The notes: a model not told the origin generated them from the letters alone. DNA of 64,000 nucleotides from Camelus dromedarius (GCF_036321535.1 NC_087437.1:86120001-86184000); one strand, 5' to 3'; counted from the first letter of the stretch, positions 12,430-25,234 are shown. Made by a program: numbers and translations.

Positions 12430-14830
12430 TTACAGATGAATTTGGCAAATAAATATACTTATAGACCTCTACTGTCTTCTAAAACCCAATAAACTGTATT
12501 TTTTTAATTAAGGCATAAACTCACATGGACAAAGAGTATTTGGAAAGGAGACCAAAACGACACAGTTTTGGAAGCTAGAAAGCAATTGGATGAGTGTAAA
12601 TTACTTGGCAAATCTGAGAAAGCTGAATTCTAAGCCAGCAGTAGGAAAAGCTGAGAAGCAACCTAATATATGCAATGGAGTTCCCAAAGACCCAAGATTT
12701 AGAGGACCAAGTACCTCTGGAAGAGTTTGGAGTAAAAGTGATGGTAAAACATCAGGACTGTTTGAAAGTCATTTCTGAGAAAGAATCAGACCTCCTGGAC
12801 CCTCGCCAGCTTTGTGAAGCTGGACAGCTACTCCTCTCTCATTCTGGCAGACTGGACATTTACTCTGCAAACAGAGTAAAACTGAGGGTGTCTCTGCTGG
12901 AAGGCTTCCAGGCAGAGCTACAGGCAGAGGTGTCATAATAAAAATAGGAGATTAAATGAAAGTTCCCCTTCTGAATGCTGAGACACCCCCCCCCCCCAGC
13001 ATTCTACACTCTCCTCTTCAACCCCTCCCACTGACCCCCGTCTCTCCAAATGCTAGCTGTAAGTACTGTACCCTCCAGGCAGGAAGTCAAAAGCACCTTT
13101 TCTGGGCAATCTTGCAAGTCCAAGCGAAAACCCTTAAAAATGCTCTCATAAAGGATTTCCCAAGGAAACATACTGGTCAAATCACTCTACTTTGAAGCCT
13201 ACAGTCCACATATCCTACACATGCACACAGCTTCCAAACAGGATTTTTTGGGTGCCTTCTTAAATATGAATGGCCAGTAAAGATATTTGAGGCAAGCCTC
13301 TAAATGACAGACAGTGACCAAACATCCAGAAAAGCAACGTGAGTGAAAACAAGACTGCACTGGAAGAAACATGAATTTTAAAAACAGCATTAATATTTTC
13401 AGAGAAACAAAACAAGATCTTGTATCAATCAATCAAAAAAGAATGACACATTAGAGTAATACTAATTGTTACAGTAGCAATACCTTGGCATTTCAATGGC
13501 TTGACATCATAGATACTTATTTCTCACCTACATAAAGTTCAGTTAGAAATGGGAAAAAGGTAGGGGCTGTGTTCCACATAGCTATTCAGGGTCTCAGGCT
13601 CCCTCCATTTGTGACTTCTCCAGCTCTTTGGTACTTAAGAGTTCTATGTATTCATCTGACCAATGATGAAATAAATGACAAAGGAGAAATACATAGTTTC
13701 TAAATCTTTGGCCTAGAAAAACATATGCTATTTTTGTTCAGGTCCCATTAGCAAGATTCAAGAGGAACTTGGAAATGCGGCCCTGACTGAGCAGTCACCT
13801 TCCTTCAGCAACTCTATTTTAAGGAGAGAGATACAAATCTATATAGGATAGCTGACTGTGCCACACACAACTGAAAAAAAAAAAAAAGAGAGAGAAAGAA
13901 AAAGACCATTCTGAAAACAAAAAACAGCTCATAGAAAATAAAGGTGTAATCACAGTCATTAAGCAATCACTGTAAGAATTGGAAAACAGAATTGAGAAAA
14001 CATGGCAGATGTTATAGCAAAAATACAAACAGATAGAAAATAGGACAGAAACATTAAAAAAAATTAGAAGTTAATCCATAGAGTCTAACATCGAAATAAT
14101 AGGAGTTTTAAAAAGAAAAATATAGGGAAAAGAGAAGGAGGAAAATAAACAAACAATTCAGGACAAATTCATAAAACTGAAAAATATGAACCACTGGATT
14201 GAAAATTTTCAGCCAAGTTCTGGCATATAAATAAAATAGACTTATACTAAGATGTATTACATGATGTTTCAGATCACTGTGAACAACAAAAAGACTGTAA
14301 AAGCTTTGAAAGTAAATGATCACAGTTCTACAATGATCAAGAACTACAGTGGCATTGGATTTCTCAACACTAAAACGGCAGCTTCAAGAAAGTGGAGCTT
14401 TGTGATCAGAAATACAAAGGGACATAATTTTCAACCTGGAGTTCTAAACCCAGCCAAACTAGCAATTAAGATCAATGGTATAAAAAAGATAGCTTCAAAC
14501 AAGCAAGACCTCCAAAAGTTTACCTACCATGCAATTTTTTCAGGATGCTACTAAAAATTTGTTCCATCATAATGAGCAAAGAAAGACCACAGAGCCAGAA
14601 GAACAGGATCCAACATGAAAGAGAAATACGGAAAATCCTCAGGATAATTGAAAACAGATATGTCTAGACATTAACTTTGCATCAGGCCTAGAGATCAACC
14701 AATCTATGTAATAGGAGCACGGAGATATGTCACTAAAAAGATGAAATTGATAGCATACCTGCAATATGGACACTACGTTGATAGGATATTTAAATAGCTG
14801 GGGGGAAGTCAGAGATAAAGTACTGTCAGC
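12430..14830 (+). mobile_element. HAL1-like (ORF1-only L1 derivative), decayed, interrupted by an MLT1
   Basis: 5' region 'ttttggaagctagaaagcaattggatgag...ctgagaaagctgaattctaagccagcagtagg'. ORF 14252-14554 encodes an L1 ORF1p C-terminal-like stretch (ASRKWSFVIRNTKGHNFQPGVLNPAKLAIKINGIKK...DLQKFTYH). No ORF2 follows. Confidence 0.7.
13450..13866 (-). mobile_element. MLT1J-like MaLR solo LTR nested in the HAL1-like element
   Basis: 'tttcaatggcttgac...ttatttctcacctacataaag...ctgtgttccacatagctattcagggtctcaggctcc...cagcaactctat'; the host resumes afterwards. Confidence 0.7.
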
Positions 14831-14840
14831 AGTTAGTAAT

Positions 14841-14882
14841 GGTGGTGGTAGTGGTGGTGGTGGTAGCAGCAGCAGTAGTAGT
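14841..14882. repeat. Compound (GGT/AGC/AGT)n triplet tract
   Basis: ggtggtggtagtggtggtggtggtagcagcagcagtagtagt. Confidence 0.85.
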
Positions 14883-15405
14883 GATCGGGTTACAAAAGAA
14901 AGTGTGACCTAGGGTTCATTTTCTTATAACTGTTGCCTCTAATATGCAGCATTGAAATGAAATCGGTTCATAGCTTCTGTAAAACTACTGGCAACATTTT
15001 CAAGCTTTTATTAAAATTTTGATCTTTTAAAGGTTTTAAATTATGTCCTTTGAGGAAAGGTATTGGCAATTCTCTGTAAATGTTCTGCAAAATAAAATCA
15101 ATCTTTAATAATTAAGAACAGGAAAGGCAACTTGGAACTCTGCAAAAGTAGGAGACTTACCTATCCATCTGGTACAATTTGTGCCAGCCATACCAATTAG
15201 TACAAATTTAATACTTACAAGAAAATTTGCCATATTACCCTGACCAACTTCCTAAATTTCAGAAATCATCTTTGATATTCATACCACAGCAGGGCTTACA
15301 TGAGAGGAAAATATAACCCCATATAAATATCCCCCATCGCCCCCGCATATTGCAAGTTTGGGTCAGATAACACAGCACAAGGCACTGCTTAGGGGAAAAG
15401 TTTAG

Positions 15406-15595
15406 CAGGGCTTCTCAAAGGGCACCTTGTGAATCACATATGGAAGAAATGCCTGGAGTACTTGTTAAAAAAGAAAATTCCTGGACATTGCCACAGAACA
15501 ACTGATACAAAATTTCTATGGTAGGTCTGAAAATTGGACTTTTTTAACTTACAGATATTCCACATGATTCTCATACAGCTGAAATGCTGAAATCT
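15406..15595. mobile_element. MER5-family hAT MITE
   Basis: 'cagggcttctcaaag...cctggagtacttgttaaaaaagaaaattcctggac...atgattctcatacagctgaaa'. Confidence 0.65.
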
Positions 15596-16009
15596 GAAGA
15601 TGCCAGATGTGGGATCTAAAGGTCAGAGCATCATAGGAATCTTGGTGCCACAAAATTCAAGCAAAGGAAAGGAACTCTCATTCTCAGAGGCATAAGCATG
15701 AAAAGGTTCCTTCAAAAGCCACAGACTGAAATTGAGAGAACAAGAAAGCAAGCCTTGTGCCTTGGAAATACAAGTGTGCAGGGGCTGAGAATCAAACAAT
15801 TCAGACCTCTCAAGACCAATAAGGTTCCTCCTAATTTTCTGTAGAGGTAGACACTTATGACTGTACACAGACATTCTTAGACCTGCAATATTATTTTATT
15901 ACTTTCATGACTGTAATTTTATAAATTTTTCTTTTAAATAAAGCACTGAGATAAAGCAATGGGGAAAGGGTTCTATTTTGGTATCTAACTATTAGAATTG
16001 AGTATAATT

Positions 16010-16450
16010 TGTTTATACAAGAAAAATAATCCTGGCCTAAGCAAATGGGAGTTTTGTTTTCCTCTAACGTAAGAGCTGACAAAGCAGCTCCACTACGTCT
16101 TCCAAGGCCCATGCCTCTTCAAGGTCTCTGCTCTACCATCCTAATCGTCTGGCTAGGCGCTTACGCTTATACTGTGGTTGCTGAAGCTCCAGGCATCATA
16201 TCCTCTTCCACCAGGAAGGACTAATTGCAAGAATGAGCATATTAATTAAGTCAGCCTTCTGTTTAAGGCACTTACTTTCCCATAAGCCCTACAAAACAAC
16301 TTCCAGCTAGGTTTCATCAGCTGGTTATTTTTTATTGACTATGCAAAGGAGCCTGTGAAATGTAGTTTTGGCTGGGCACATTGAAATCTTCAGCAACACT
16401 GGGGCTCCAGCACTCAGAGAGAAGGGGAGAATGGATACTGAGTAAGCTCC
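16010..16450 (-). mobile_element. Old MaLR LTR (MLT1K/L-like)
   Basis: 'ctctgctctaccatcct...ggttgctgaagctccaggcatcatatcc...tgcaaaggagcctgtgaaatgtagttttggctgggcacattg...ggggagaatggatactgagta'. Confidence 0.7.
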
Positions 16451-16454
16451 TGGA

Positions 16455-16625
16455 TGTCCAGATTCTGTTCTATACTTAATAACTGGTTGTAAGAAATCCA
16501 CCCATCTTCCCTAGGCCTCAATTTTCTCACGTGTAAAATAGGAACTGACACTTTTCAGGACTGCTATAATATTTAGAGATAACTTATGTAAAAGGCTTGG
16601 CACGTAGTAGAGATTTAATAATTGA
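16455..16625 (+). mobile_element. MIR SINE
   Basis: 'ggcctcaattttctcacgtgtaaaatagg...gagataacttatgtaaaaggcttggcacgtagtag'. Confidence 0.7.
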
Positions 16626-17119
16626 AACAATAACTCAAAAAAGGTGACACCTAAAATATATTTGTGTACTTACTGAACATTGTTACAGAAAGATTAATTA
16701 TCTGATCATGGACCGGAACTATATCACATCACCCTACTAGTGTAGATCACTGCTTCATTCTATCTCATTCCATTATCTCCATCCTTCCCTCTGCAGAAGT
16801 CCTGATTAGGAGTTAACAGATGCTTGCAAGGTTAGACAACTGCTAAAAAAGCCAAGTATCAGGGAATAATGAAGAAGACTAGTAATGAAAGGATTCACAT
16901 AGCGTATGTGATGGATAATCCAAATCCATATAACCCTTTACTCTCCATCAAAACAGTGGCCTCCTTAGACCAACAGACATTTTGTCTTAAAGACATACCA
17001 CTTTTCTTCTCTAAAAATTCAGAGCAAGTTCAGCTTCCCCAGTAATGTTTCTACAAGGACCCCACAAGATCTAAGCATGCCTATTCTACTACTGTTCATT
17101 TATCTACTTGTATTTTTAT

Positions 17120-17622
17120 AGATCACGAAGCCTCCCATTCCAGGATGCATACCCATCTGCAATGTGATTTATCACTCTTTTCATCAAGAGTTAGAGTCTA
17201 TTTCCCCACCTTTTGAATCTGGGCTGGTCTTAGACTTGCTTTGGCCAATAGAAGGTAGCAGAGGTGGCATAATGTAACCTACAGGACTAGGTAGGTCCCA
17301 GTAGGTCTCATGGTCCTGGCTTCATTTACTTGAAGCACTGCTCTGAGACCACCACGTAAGAAAACAGGACTAGTCTACACAGAGACAGATGTAGGTTCCC
17401 CTTAGGACAGCTAGCACCAACAGCCTGACATGGGAGTTAGACCACCTCAGCTCTTAGAGCCCAGAAGATCCTCCAGCTGAGTGCAACTGTTTAGTGAGGG
17501 AGCCCAGGAGAAATCAGCAGAGAAACCACTCAGCCAACTGACAAAACACTGAGAAGTTAATACACCCTCGTTATTGTAAGCCATTAAGCTTTGAAGGGAT
17601 TTGTTACACAGCAATATAAACA
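17120..17622 (+). mobile_element. MLT1H-like MaLR solo LTR
   Basis: 'tctatttccccaccttttgaatctgggctggtcttagacttgctttggccaatagaa' through 'taagccattaagctttgaagggatttgttacacagcaata'. Confidence 0.85.
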
Positions 17623-17699
17623 ATTAGTAATACTTTGTAAAGAAATACACTGAAGCTTTTATTTACCCTACAGTAGTCTTTGACCCTATGGAAAGAAAC

Positions 17700-17760
17700 C
17701 TAATATCGTCCTGGCACATAGTGGGTGCTCAATAATTGAAACAATGAATGAATGAATGAG
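17700..17760 (+). mobile_element. L2 3' tail
   Basis: 'cctggcacatagtgggtgctcaataa...tgaatgaatgaatga'. Confidence 0.75.
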
Positions 17761-19736
17761 TCATGGTGTACCTCCTTTAACTCTATAAAGATCCACGGTT
17801 TATCATCTGCATCATTAAATCTCCACCAGAATCAAGATCAGAGCACCATCTATTGGTCAGTCAGATAATTTTGAGAAAGCAAAGCAGGGATGGGTTCGCA
17901 CTCCCTTCTTTTCAATGTGAAACTTAATAATTCAGTAACACTTCTAAGTGAGCCATATGTTTGCCTTAGAGAAAAAAAATCTTTATATAGATACACTGGG
18001 GCTTTTTTTCCTCTTCTCTTTCTTTTATAATAGAAGCAGCTTCAATATACAATGATTTTCATTATTTTATTACTGTTTTTAAAGCTACCCCAAAACGAAA
18101 TTCACCTTTTATGGACTTAGACTCTCCAATATCAAATGGGATGATTTCTAGTTCTTCCTATATAAAAAAATTAAGCTTAGTTACCTGGTATACATTTTAT
18201 ATCTAATTTTATAGGGCTCAAAAGTAGATGTTTTAGGAATATCTTTTTGAGAATTGTTTTTAATTGCAGCAATGGAAGATTAGTAAACTAACCCTTGAAA
18301 TCCTTCTAGGTTAAAATCACTGGGTCTAAGTTCTATGGTGTTAGAACTTTAGTGCAACAATGCCCATCTGAGTGTCAGAATAAACCCAAACTTTCTTGCT
18401 AGGAATATCTTAGCCTTGTGCACAGAATGTCACCAGGCACATATCCATCCGAGGTCATGTGGCCTTTAAATCATGTGTATGTGTTGTGTGGAAAAGAAGA
18501 TGCTCCCTTTACTGCCAATCTTTAGGCATCAAGTAGCAATGAGAGGAACACCCAGCAGCACCTCACCTCCACAAGCCATTTGGTACCTTTTAATTGGCAT
18601 TTTATAGACATGTTCCCAACTTGAGCTAGCAATCACAGATCCCTTACCAAAACTTGCCTTCCTCTATGGTTAGGGGGTCTCCTTTTCTAAACTGTTTTTC
18701 CTTTCTCTGTGGTCATGGGCTTCTTATAACAGGGGACTCTGTGTTGTGTAGGAGTTCCTTGCAAAACAGGGAAGATTGTGGTTAGGGTGCCTTGTAACAC
18801 AGTAGTGCTCTGGACAGAGATGTCTTGTTACAAAGCAGGGTGTGAGCCAGAAGTGACACAGGGTGGATGCAGAGACTCTTGGATGAATAGAGGTGGTGTG
18901 GTCTTCATTAATGCTTAAACATCAGAAGAGACAGCAACTGAATATTAAAGCACGTACAGAATTTGGGAACTTAAAATCATTACCAGAAAGTACAATACAA
19001 AATTCCCAAAACATGTATGTGTACATGTATGTGCACTAGCATGCACGAGAGAGAAAGAATATTATTCTTGGAAGATTGCCTAAAGGCTACATCATGCTTC
19101 CATTCGTCTAAATTCTAAAATGTATCCCCAGATCAAGCCAGACCAGAAGAAAAAAAAAAGACATGTTTATTTCATCATGTTAACCATGACATAAGTCCTT
19201 TTCATTTGAGCAACCACCATGCTTTGTCAGAATTTCCAGCAATGTCCTTAGTGTCCCCATATCTGTTTTTGTATTCCCCTAATGCATTCTTTATACACAA
19301 ATCTATGAAAAATGCAAATCCTATCACGTCTGCCTGAAACCTTCTTTGACTTCCCAATGGAGTTCAGATTAAAGACAAAATCTTTAACATTAACATAGTC
19401 TTGTCTCTACCTAGCTCTTCAATTCCTACCTAGGTCACCTGGCCCCCTTCAAGTAACTTGATGGCATTATAAGGGAGGAGTTCCTCTTCTCTATACAAGT
19501 TCTAAACCAATGGTCTAGGCAAAAGAGCAAAGTAAATGAGAGACTTTTTTAAAAGTCTTATTACTTATTACATTGTTATGGAAAAATATAGTCTTTAAAT
19601 AAATTTCTGAAGTTTCAGTGAATGAATTTCTGAAGCCTAAACCTGAGAATTAGGTTTACCCACCCATACAGGGAGCGCTGAATGACCCTTCTCATGCCCA
19701 TGGGCAGAGCCTTAGTTACTAAGTTTAACTCCTGGC

Positions 19737-20127
19737 TGTAGGTCAGAAAAGTCTGGGTTATCCTGCAGCACCAAATGACCCCCAAAAGCTCAGTGGCTTG
19801 AAGGTATACGTCTTGCTCACTTAACATGTCCATCGCAGGTCAGATGAGACTGCTCTACGTTCTGGTCTTCTCCCTCAGACCCAGACTGAAGGAGCAAGCA
19901 CCATCTCAGACTTCACTGATTGTTATTGTAGAAAGATAAGACAGGGCTCTGGGAAGTCTCTCTGGTTTTCTGGCAATAACATGCTCTGCTCCAAAAGTGA
20001 ATCACACCACTGTCAATCCCAACCCAGTGGCCAAAGCTAATAATACGGCCCCACAAGTAAATTTAGCCTCCTCTATGTCCAGAGAAGAGGACTGGATGTT
20101 GGTGAGCAGAAACAGTGAATATCTCCA
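19737..20127 (-). mobile_element. MLT1I/J-like MaLR solo LTR
   Basis: 'ctgggttatcctgcagcaccaaatgacccccaaaagctcagtggcttgaag...tcttgctcac...gacccagactgaaggagca...gtggccaaagc'. Confidence 0.75.
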
Positions 20128-20639
20128 AGACCAAGACCAATAGAGGACAGGAGCTCTGTGTTAGCATGCTGGCCTCCTAAGAGACATGGAAATGGAAGAT
20201 GCTAGGCTTCGTATACCAAAAGCTGCCACTCGGAGTTTCATGGAGATAGATACACTACTCTAAGTGAAATCCTTCCTCGTGGAAATCAGATAAATGGGAA
20301 GAGGTATACCTCCTGACAACACCTGTCGCAAAAATTTGAGATTTGAGTTCAATTCAGGTTAAAAACTAAACACAGTTTGATTTTGGTATTCTTCTGAGAG
20401 TATGGGCAACCTGACATGCAGAAACACATTGTACAGAGCCTGCCAAGTACGTAGGAGGCTCTCAACAAATGGTATAACCAAAGTGGATTCCAGAAATTAC
20501 AGGGTAGGGTCATTAATCCTCAAGGAATAAAGAGAGAACCCAATTTTTACAAAACTTTTTCCATAATTTCCCAAACAGGAGGCTCTGGGACAAGCAGCAG
20601 TATAGTATGTTTGTGCAATATGGCGCTTTCTTTGTTAAG

Positions 20640-21000
20640 CTTTTCACTGGAATATTATGTACACACACAAAGTATACAAACCATAAATGTATAGCCTGAT
20701 ATATCTCACAAAATGGGGAACTATGTTCAATACCGTATAATAACCTTTAATGAAAAAATATGAAAATGAATATATGTATGTATATGCCTGACTGGGACAT
20801 TGTGCTGTACAGCAGAAACTGACACATTGTAACTGACAGTACTTCAATTAAAAAAAAAAAAATGGGCACATCTCGGTGACCAAGTACCCAGATTAAGAAT
20901 CAGAACATAAGTATCACTTCAAAGGGCCCCTTGTGTTTCTTTTCAGTCACTAATGGCCACCTCCCAAACTAGACTATAGATAACAATTATACTGTTGGGA
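20640..21000 (-). mobile_element. Old L1 (L1ME-like) 3' end, host of a young L1 fragment
   Basis: 'cacaaagtatacaaaccataaatgtatagcctgat' ... 'acccagattaagaatcagaacata', split at 20718-20858. Confidence 0.65.
20718..20858 (+). mobile_element. Lineage-specific (camelid-type) L1 3' terminal fragment with poly(A) and TSD
   Basis: 'tgactgggacattgtgctgtacagcagaaactgacacattgtaactgac...caatt(A)n'; TSD aaaatggg at 20710-20717 and 20859-20866; closely similar to 49960-50100. Confidence 0.9.
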
Positions 21001-21194
21001 AGCAAAGTAGGAGTGGAAGGGTGGGTAAAGAGGAAATTTCACATTTTAACATGTGTTACTTGAATTTTAAGCTAAAAATATAACTATGCATTACCTTTTA
21101 AAATTCAAAAATAAAAGGTTAGAATTACTTTAAACCCTCCTATCTCGATGCAGTAATTCCCCCTGATGACCCTGTATTATTAAGTTCATTCAGG

Positions 21195-21442
21195 AGCAGT
21201 GGTTGTGCCAGAGTGCACAGCCTCTGAGTAATACAGAAATGAGCTGAAGCCATGTTTTACCAATCAGGAGAGCTTCTAGGCCTTGGTGAAGTTACTCAAA
21301 CTCTCAAAGCCCGAGTCCCATCATCTATAAAATTATGATGATAACTAATTCATAAAGGATTAAATGAGACAGTATTTATCAAGTACTTAATAAAGTACCT
21401 GAAACATACCAAGGGCTCTATAAATTGTACTTGTTATTATTA
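21195..21442 (+). mobile_element. MIR SINE
   Basis: 'ccttggtgaagttactcaaactctcaaagcc...catctataaaattatgatgata...ggattaaatgagacagt'. Confidence 0.75.
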
Positions 21443-21584
21443 TATACAATAAAAATGTCAGGTAACTGGCCTTCAGATATTAAAGACTATGCCCTATTTA
21501 AATCACTGAATTAAAGCACAGTTATTTTCTTTTTACTTTGAATAAATGAAGATAATGAGTGATATTCAGTATTCAGTGTCTAAG

Positions 21585-21770
21585 AAACAGAGAACTACCT
21601 AACAGTATCTTAGAAATCATCAGATTCACCTGTTAATTTGTTTACACAAATAAGTAAACTGAAACCAAGACAGTCAATGATTTATTTATACTCACATCGT
21701 TGTTTAGCAAAAAAGCCAAGAGCCAGATTTCAATTTCTCTGACTTCCAGTCCAGTGCTTCCCCACTATAC
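21585..21770 (-). mobile_element. MIR SINE
   Basis: 'tttacacaaataagtaaactgaaacc...ctgacttccagtccagtgcttcccc'. Confidence 0.6.
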
Positions 21771-23346
21771 CATGATCCACTCACTCAGCCATACCCTAAT
21801 AGAGCTAACAGTTATTGAGTGTCCTACAAGAACATGCCAGCAAAATTCAGACCACAATGCCTATCCTAGGAAAAGGTGGAAGACTTCCCACTAGATCCGG
21901 CTGACTTCCACTTTCTCTAGCAGCAGCATCTGTGCTTACTGAAGGGACCGCAAAGAGATTACCTATGTATTAGATGGCAGCTAATACGTGGTATTAAAAA
22001 TTAATTCCATTTCTGAATCTGCTGAACAAGAGGGGATCTTATCAGCATCTGCTGCTGACTCCTCTGTTGTCCTGGGTGCTTACATTTATGCTAATGAAAA
22101 AACAGCCCTCAGGGCTCCAGAAATTTCTCAGTCTTCTCTCTTTCATACACACTCTAGCTGGAGAAAGGGATAAGGCTCAAATTAGACAGTCATGAACTCA
22201 ACTTCAGTGGCCCAGTGTGAGGAGACAAATTGGTGAGGAAGGAGAGAAAGGAGCTGGTGTCAAAGAAAAGTTTCCTCAAGCACTGATGGCTTTGGTTTGG
22301 GAGGGGGAACTTGTGATTTAGTAGAAAAGACCTTTGAACTTGTGTTTGAATCTTGACTTCTCAGCTTTGAATCGTCCCGTTAATGCCATAGGCTTGTGTT
22401 AACCCCTTCTTTGGCTTGGCATTCATTTCCTCATCCCTAGACCATCTTCTGTAACTGATCTGTGATCCTGTAGTATTAATTTTCAGCAGCTATAAAATGA
22501 AAAGAGTTCAAACTATTTAAAACATAAAGAAAGCTCTAACGTTTCAGCCATTCAACATACTACACAGCTAAATCAGTTTCATAATTATTACTTCTATTGT
22601 TCTTTTTTAAATCTTATTGACAAATCAGGGAAAACTGCCTATCCTTTAAAAATACTTAAGGTTAAAAAGAGTACACATCCTGTATTTCTTTTAATAAACA
22701 GAAAAGAATACTGTGATCAGCAAAGGGGATGCATTAGAGGTGCATACATTGGCAGATCAAAGAAATATTAATATTTAATACATAGGAATTCACCTTAGGG
22801 AATTGAAAAACTTTTTCTTGACCACTAACATGCATTTTATCAAATGACCGTATATTTTATGTTCTTGCAAAAGCATAACACATGGAGATAGCATTAATAA
22901 GTCCAAATACCTACTTTGTTAATGGACCATTTTTCCCTTAAACAGTAGATAAACAAAGAGCAATTATACTGGTATATTCTTGAAAGTACATAATATACGC
23001 CATCACCTTCTGTAAAGCACTTCAAAGAGATGTATTCTTTATGTAATATTCACAGTACAAGTACCCTCAAAAGTGAAACACTATTGAAAACACACAAGAA
23101 CCAGTCTCAGAACAAACTTTGACTTCCATCTTAATAGTCTGGCAAATTTATAAGAGCAGTATTTTCAAGGAATTCTGTTCAACAAGGCATTAAAAACTTG
23201 GTTGTTAATGACTGTAAAGTTTTGATTAATCTTTAATATAAAGCTGCCCTTTTTCTTTGTTTACATTCTTCACGGTAAATAGATATGTTGGGTTATCTCA
23301 TCCAAAGAATAACAGATTAAGGAATTCTTTCTAAAGTAATTTTTAA

Positions 23347-23450
23347 AAAAATTTAGTGGAGGTACTGAGGATTGAACCCAGGACCTCATGCATGCTAAGA
23401 CCTCATGCATGCTAAGCATGAGCTCTACAACTGAACTATACCCACTCCCC
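23347..23450 (-). mobile_element. tRNA-derived camelid SINE (vic-1-like) with perfect 17-bp TSD and internal 17-bp duplication
   Basis: Minus strand reads GGGGAGTGGGTATAGTTCAGTTGTAGAGC...GGTCCTGGGTTCAATCCTCAGTACCTCC (A-box and B-box); TSD tctaaagtaatttttaa at 23330-23346 and 23451-23467. Confidence 0.92.
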
Positions 23451-23469
23451 TCTAAAGTAATTTTTAACC

Positions 23470-24030
23470 ACTCTTAACATGGAATACCATATGTACAAAA
23501 AGTATATTAAACACCAGTACATACAATGGTGCATAAATATAAAGCAAACATCTGTGTATCTACCACCCAAGCCAACACACTGGGGCACTGATGGTCCTGT
23601 AGGTGTTCCTCACGAATTTCTTCTCGAACTTACCCCTATTTCTCCTTTGGGGATAACTATCACCATGACTTTTATTTTAATATTTCTTCTTTTTCTTTAT
23701 ACTATTATTGTCAATGTATTTATCTCTAAAAATATAGTTTACTTGTGTCTTTTGAACATAACGTAATATTTTGTGACTTGCTTCTTTTTTCAACATTATT
23801 TTTATGTAATTCATCCACATTGTTGAATGGGGTTGTAGTTTGTTCACTTATGTATACACGTTGTACCATTTCATCATATAAATGTGCACAATGTATCTAC
23901 TCTAATGCTGACAGACATCTGGTTTGTTTCCAGTTTGGGGATATTGTAAGCAATTCTGCTCTGAGTATTCTTATAATGCACCCTAGTACAAATGTGCACA
24001 AGTTTCTCTGGGTCGTATCTATTTTTCTTC
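23470..24030 (-). mobile_element. Old L1 (L1ME-like) 3' region
   Basis: 'tttgtgacttgcttcttttttcaacattatttt...ttcatccacattgttg...acagacatctggtttgtttccagtttgggg'. Confidence 0.8.
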
Positions 24031-24674
24031 TTTAACTTTTTAAAAAACATCTATAGGAGGTACTTGTAAGTTTGTGAAGATACTGAGATTCCCACTTACA
24101 AGTATCTTTAAAAACATGAAGTGTACTATCCGAGGCAAATTATTTTAAATTTTATTTTTAAAGTTCTAAATTTCATGGGTTAAAAATAGTTCAGAATAGA
24201 ATTTTCAGTTCACTTTCTTACTTTATAGCTGGTAAAAGTAAAGTTCTCCAGAAACTGGTCTTTACTTCCTAAAATTCTTAAGGAAAATTTTAATTCTATG
24301 CTTCCATTCTCTAGCCCATATTAGGTAACTTTTCATCACTGTAAATGCTACTGTAAATGCATGCGTGGTTTGCACAGAGGATAAACATGAGTCATCATAC
24401 ATAGGGAGGAAATCCTAAACTTTGATCATGACTGAAATCCATTCCCAAAACTATGGTGAGCCTCTGCTGATTACAGTGGGAGGCCAACATTACCCCCTAC
24501 ATATCATCTTAACTCTAATTTCTCCTTTATTTAAGCACTCCTGCATAGCCATATCAGAGCTGTCCCTAAAATGGACTTGGGTAAATCATACATAGATTTG
24601 CTTAAGCTGCTACAGAGTTCAGCAAGTGCTACAAATCAGGTTGAGCTTTGTTGGTGTTGTTTTTCCCAGAAACA

Positions 24675-25234
24675 TTTTTTAAATATTATCCTTATTTAAT
24701 TATCACATTTAACACCATAATTTAATATTCTTGCGCTTTAACATCTTGCAGCTTTGCTGACACTGGAAGGGACTGCCCATCCCAGTGTTAGCTAATCACT
24801 AGAGATAGCTAACAACCCAACTGGAAGTGTGCCTTTCAAATGCAAATCAATCAATCCAAAACCCCTAAACCACAACTGCCTCCTCTATCTAGCTCTTAGA
24901 CTCCAGCCACTATCCATCTACCCCAGGGCCAGAACAGCCCCTTTGCCCCAGAGCACACCCAAATTATTCAAACTAGCCAATCCTAAACCTGCTTACCCTG
25001 GCTCACCAGGTTCTGCCCTCAAAAACCACAATAAAAGTTCCTGCCCACCTTGCCTCTGTTCCCTCTGCCTCCTGACCAGCTCTATTATTTTTCCAAGTGA
25101 CCTTATGTAGAATACCATGCTTCATGTTTCTAGGGATCTGTGAGTATAAAAATTTCTTCATGACAGTAATTTCTATGTCTTGTGTGCGTCTTACTGTACC
25201 TGATTAAAACAAGTCCCAGGCACATTTTAAAACA
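24675..25234 (+). mobile_element. MER74-like ERVL solo LTR
   Basis: 'gactgcccatcccagtgttagctaatcactagagatagc...tgcctttcaaatgcaaatcaatcaatcc...attcaaactagccaatcctaaacctgctta...cacaataaaag'; ends 'cattttaaaaca'. Confidence 0.8.

Noticed and set aside
15155..15245. Minus-strand strong donor TAG|gtaagt with a short open frame
   Set aside because: No plausible polypyrimidine acceptor and no recognisable peptide.
23347..23450. tRNA-like sequence
   Set aside because: TSD, tail and internal duplication identify it as a SINE, not a tRNA gene.
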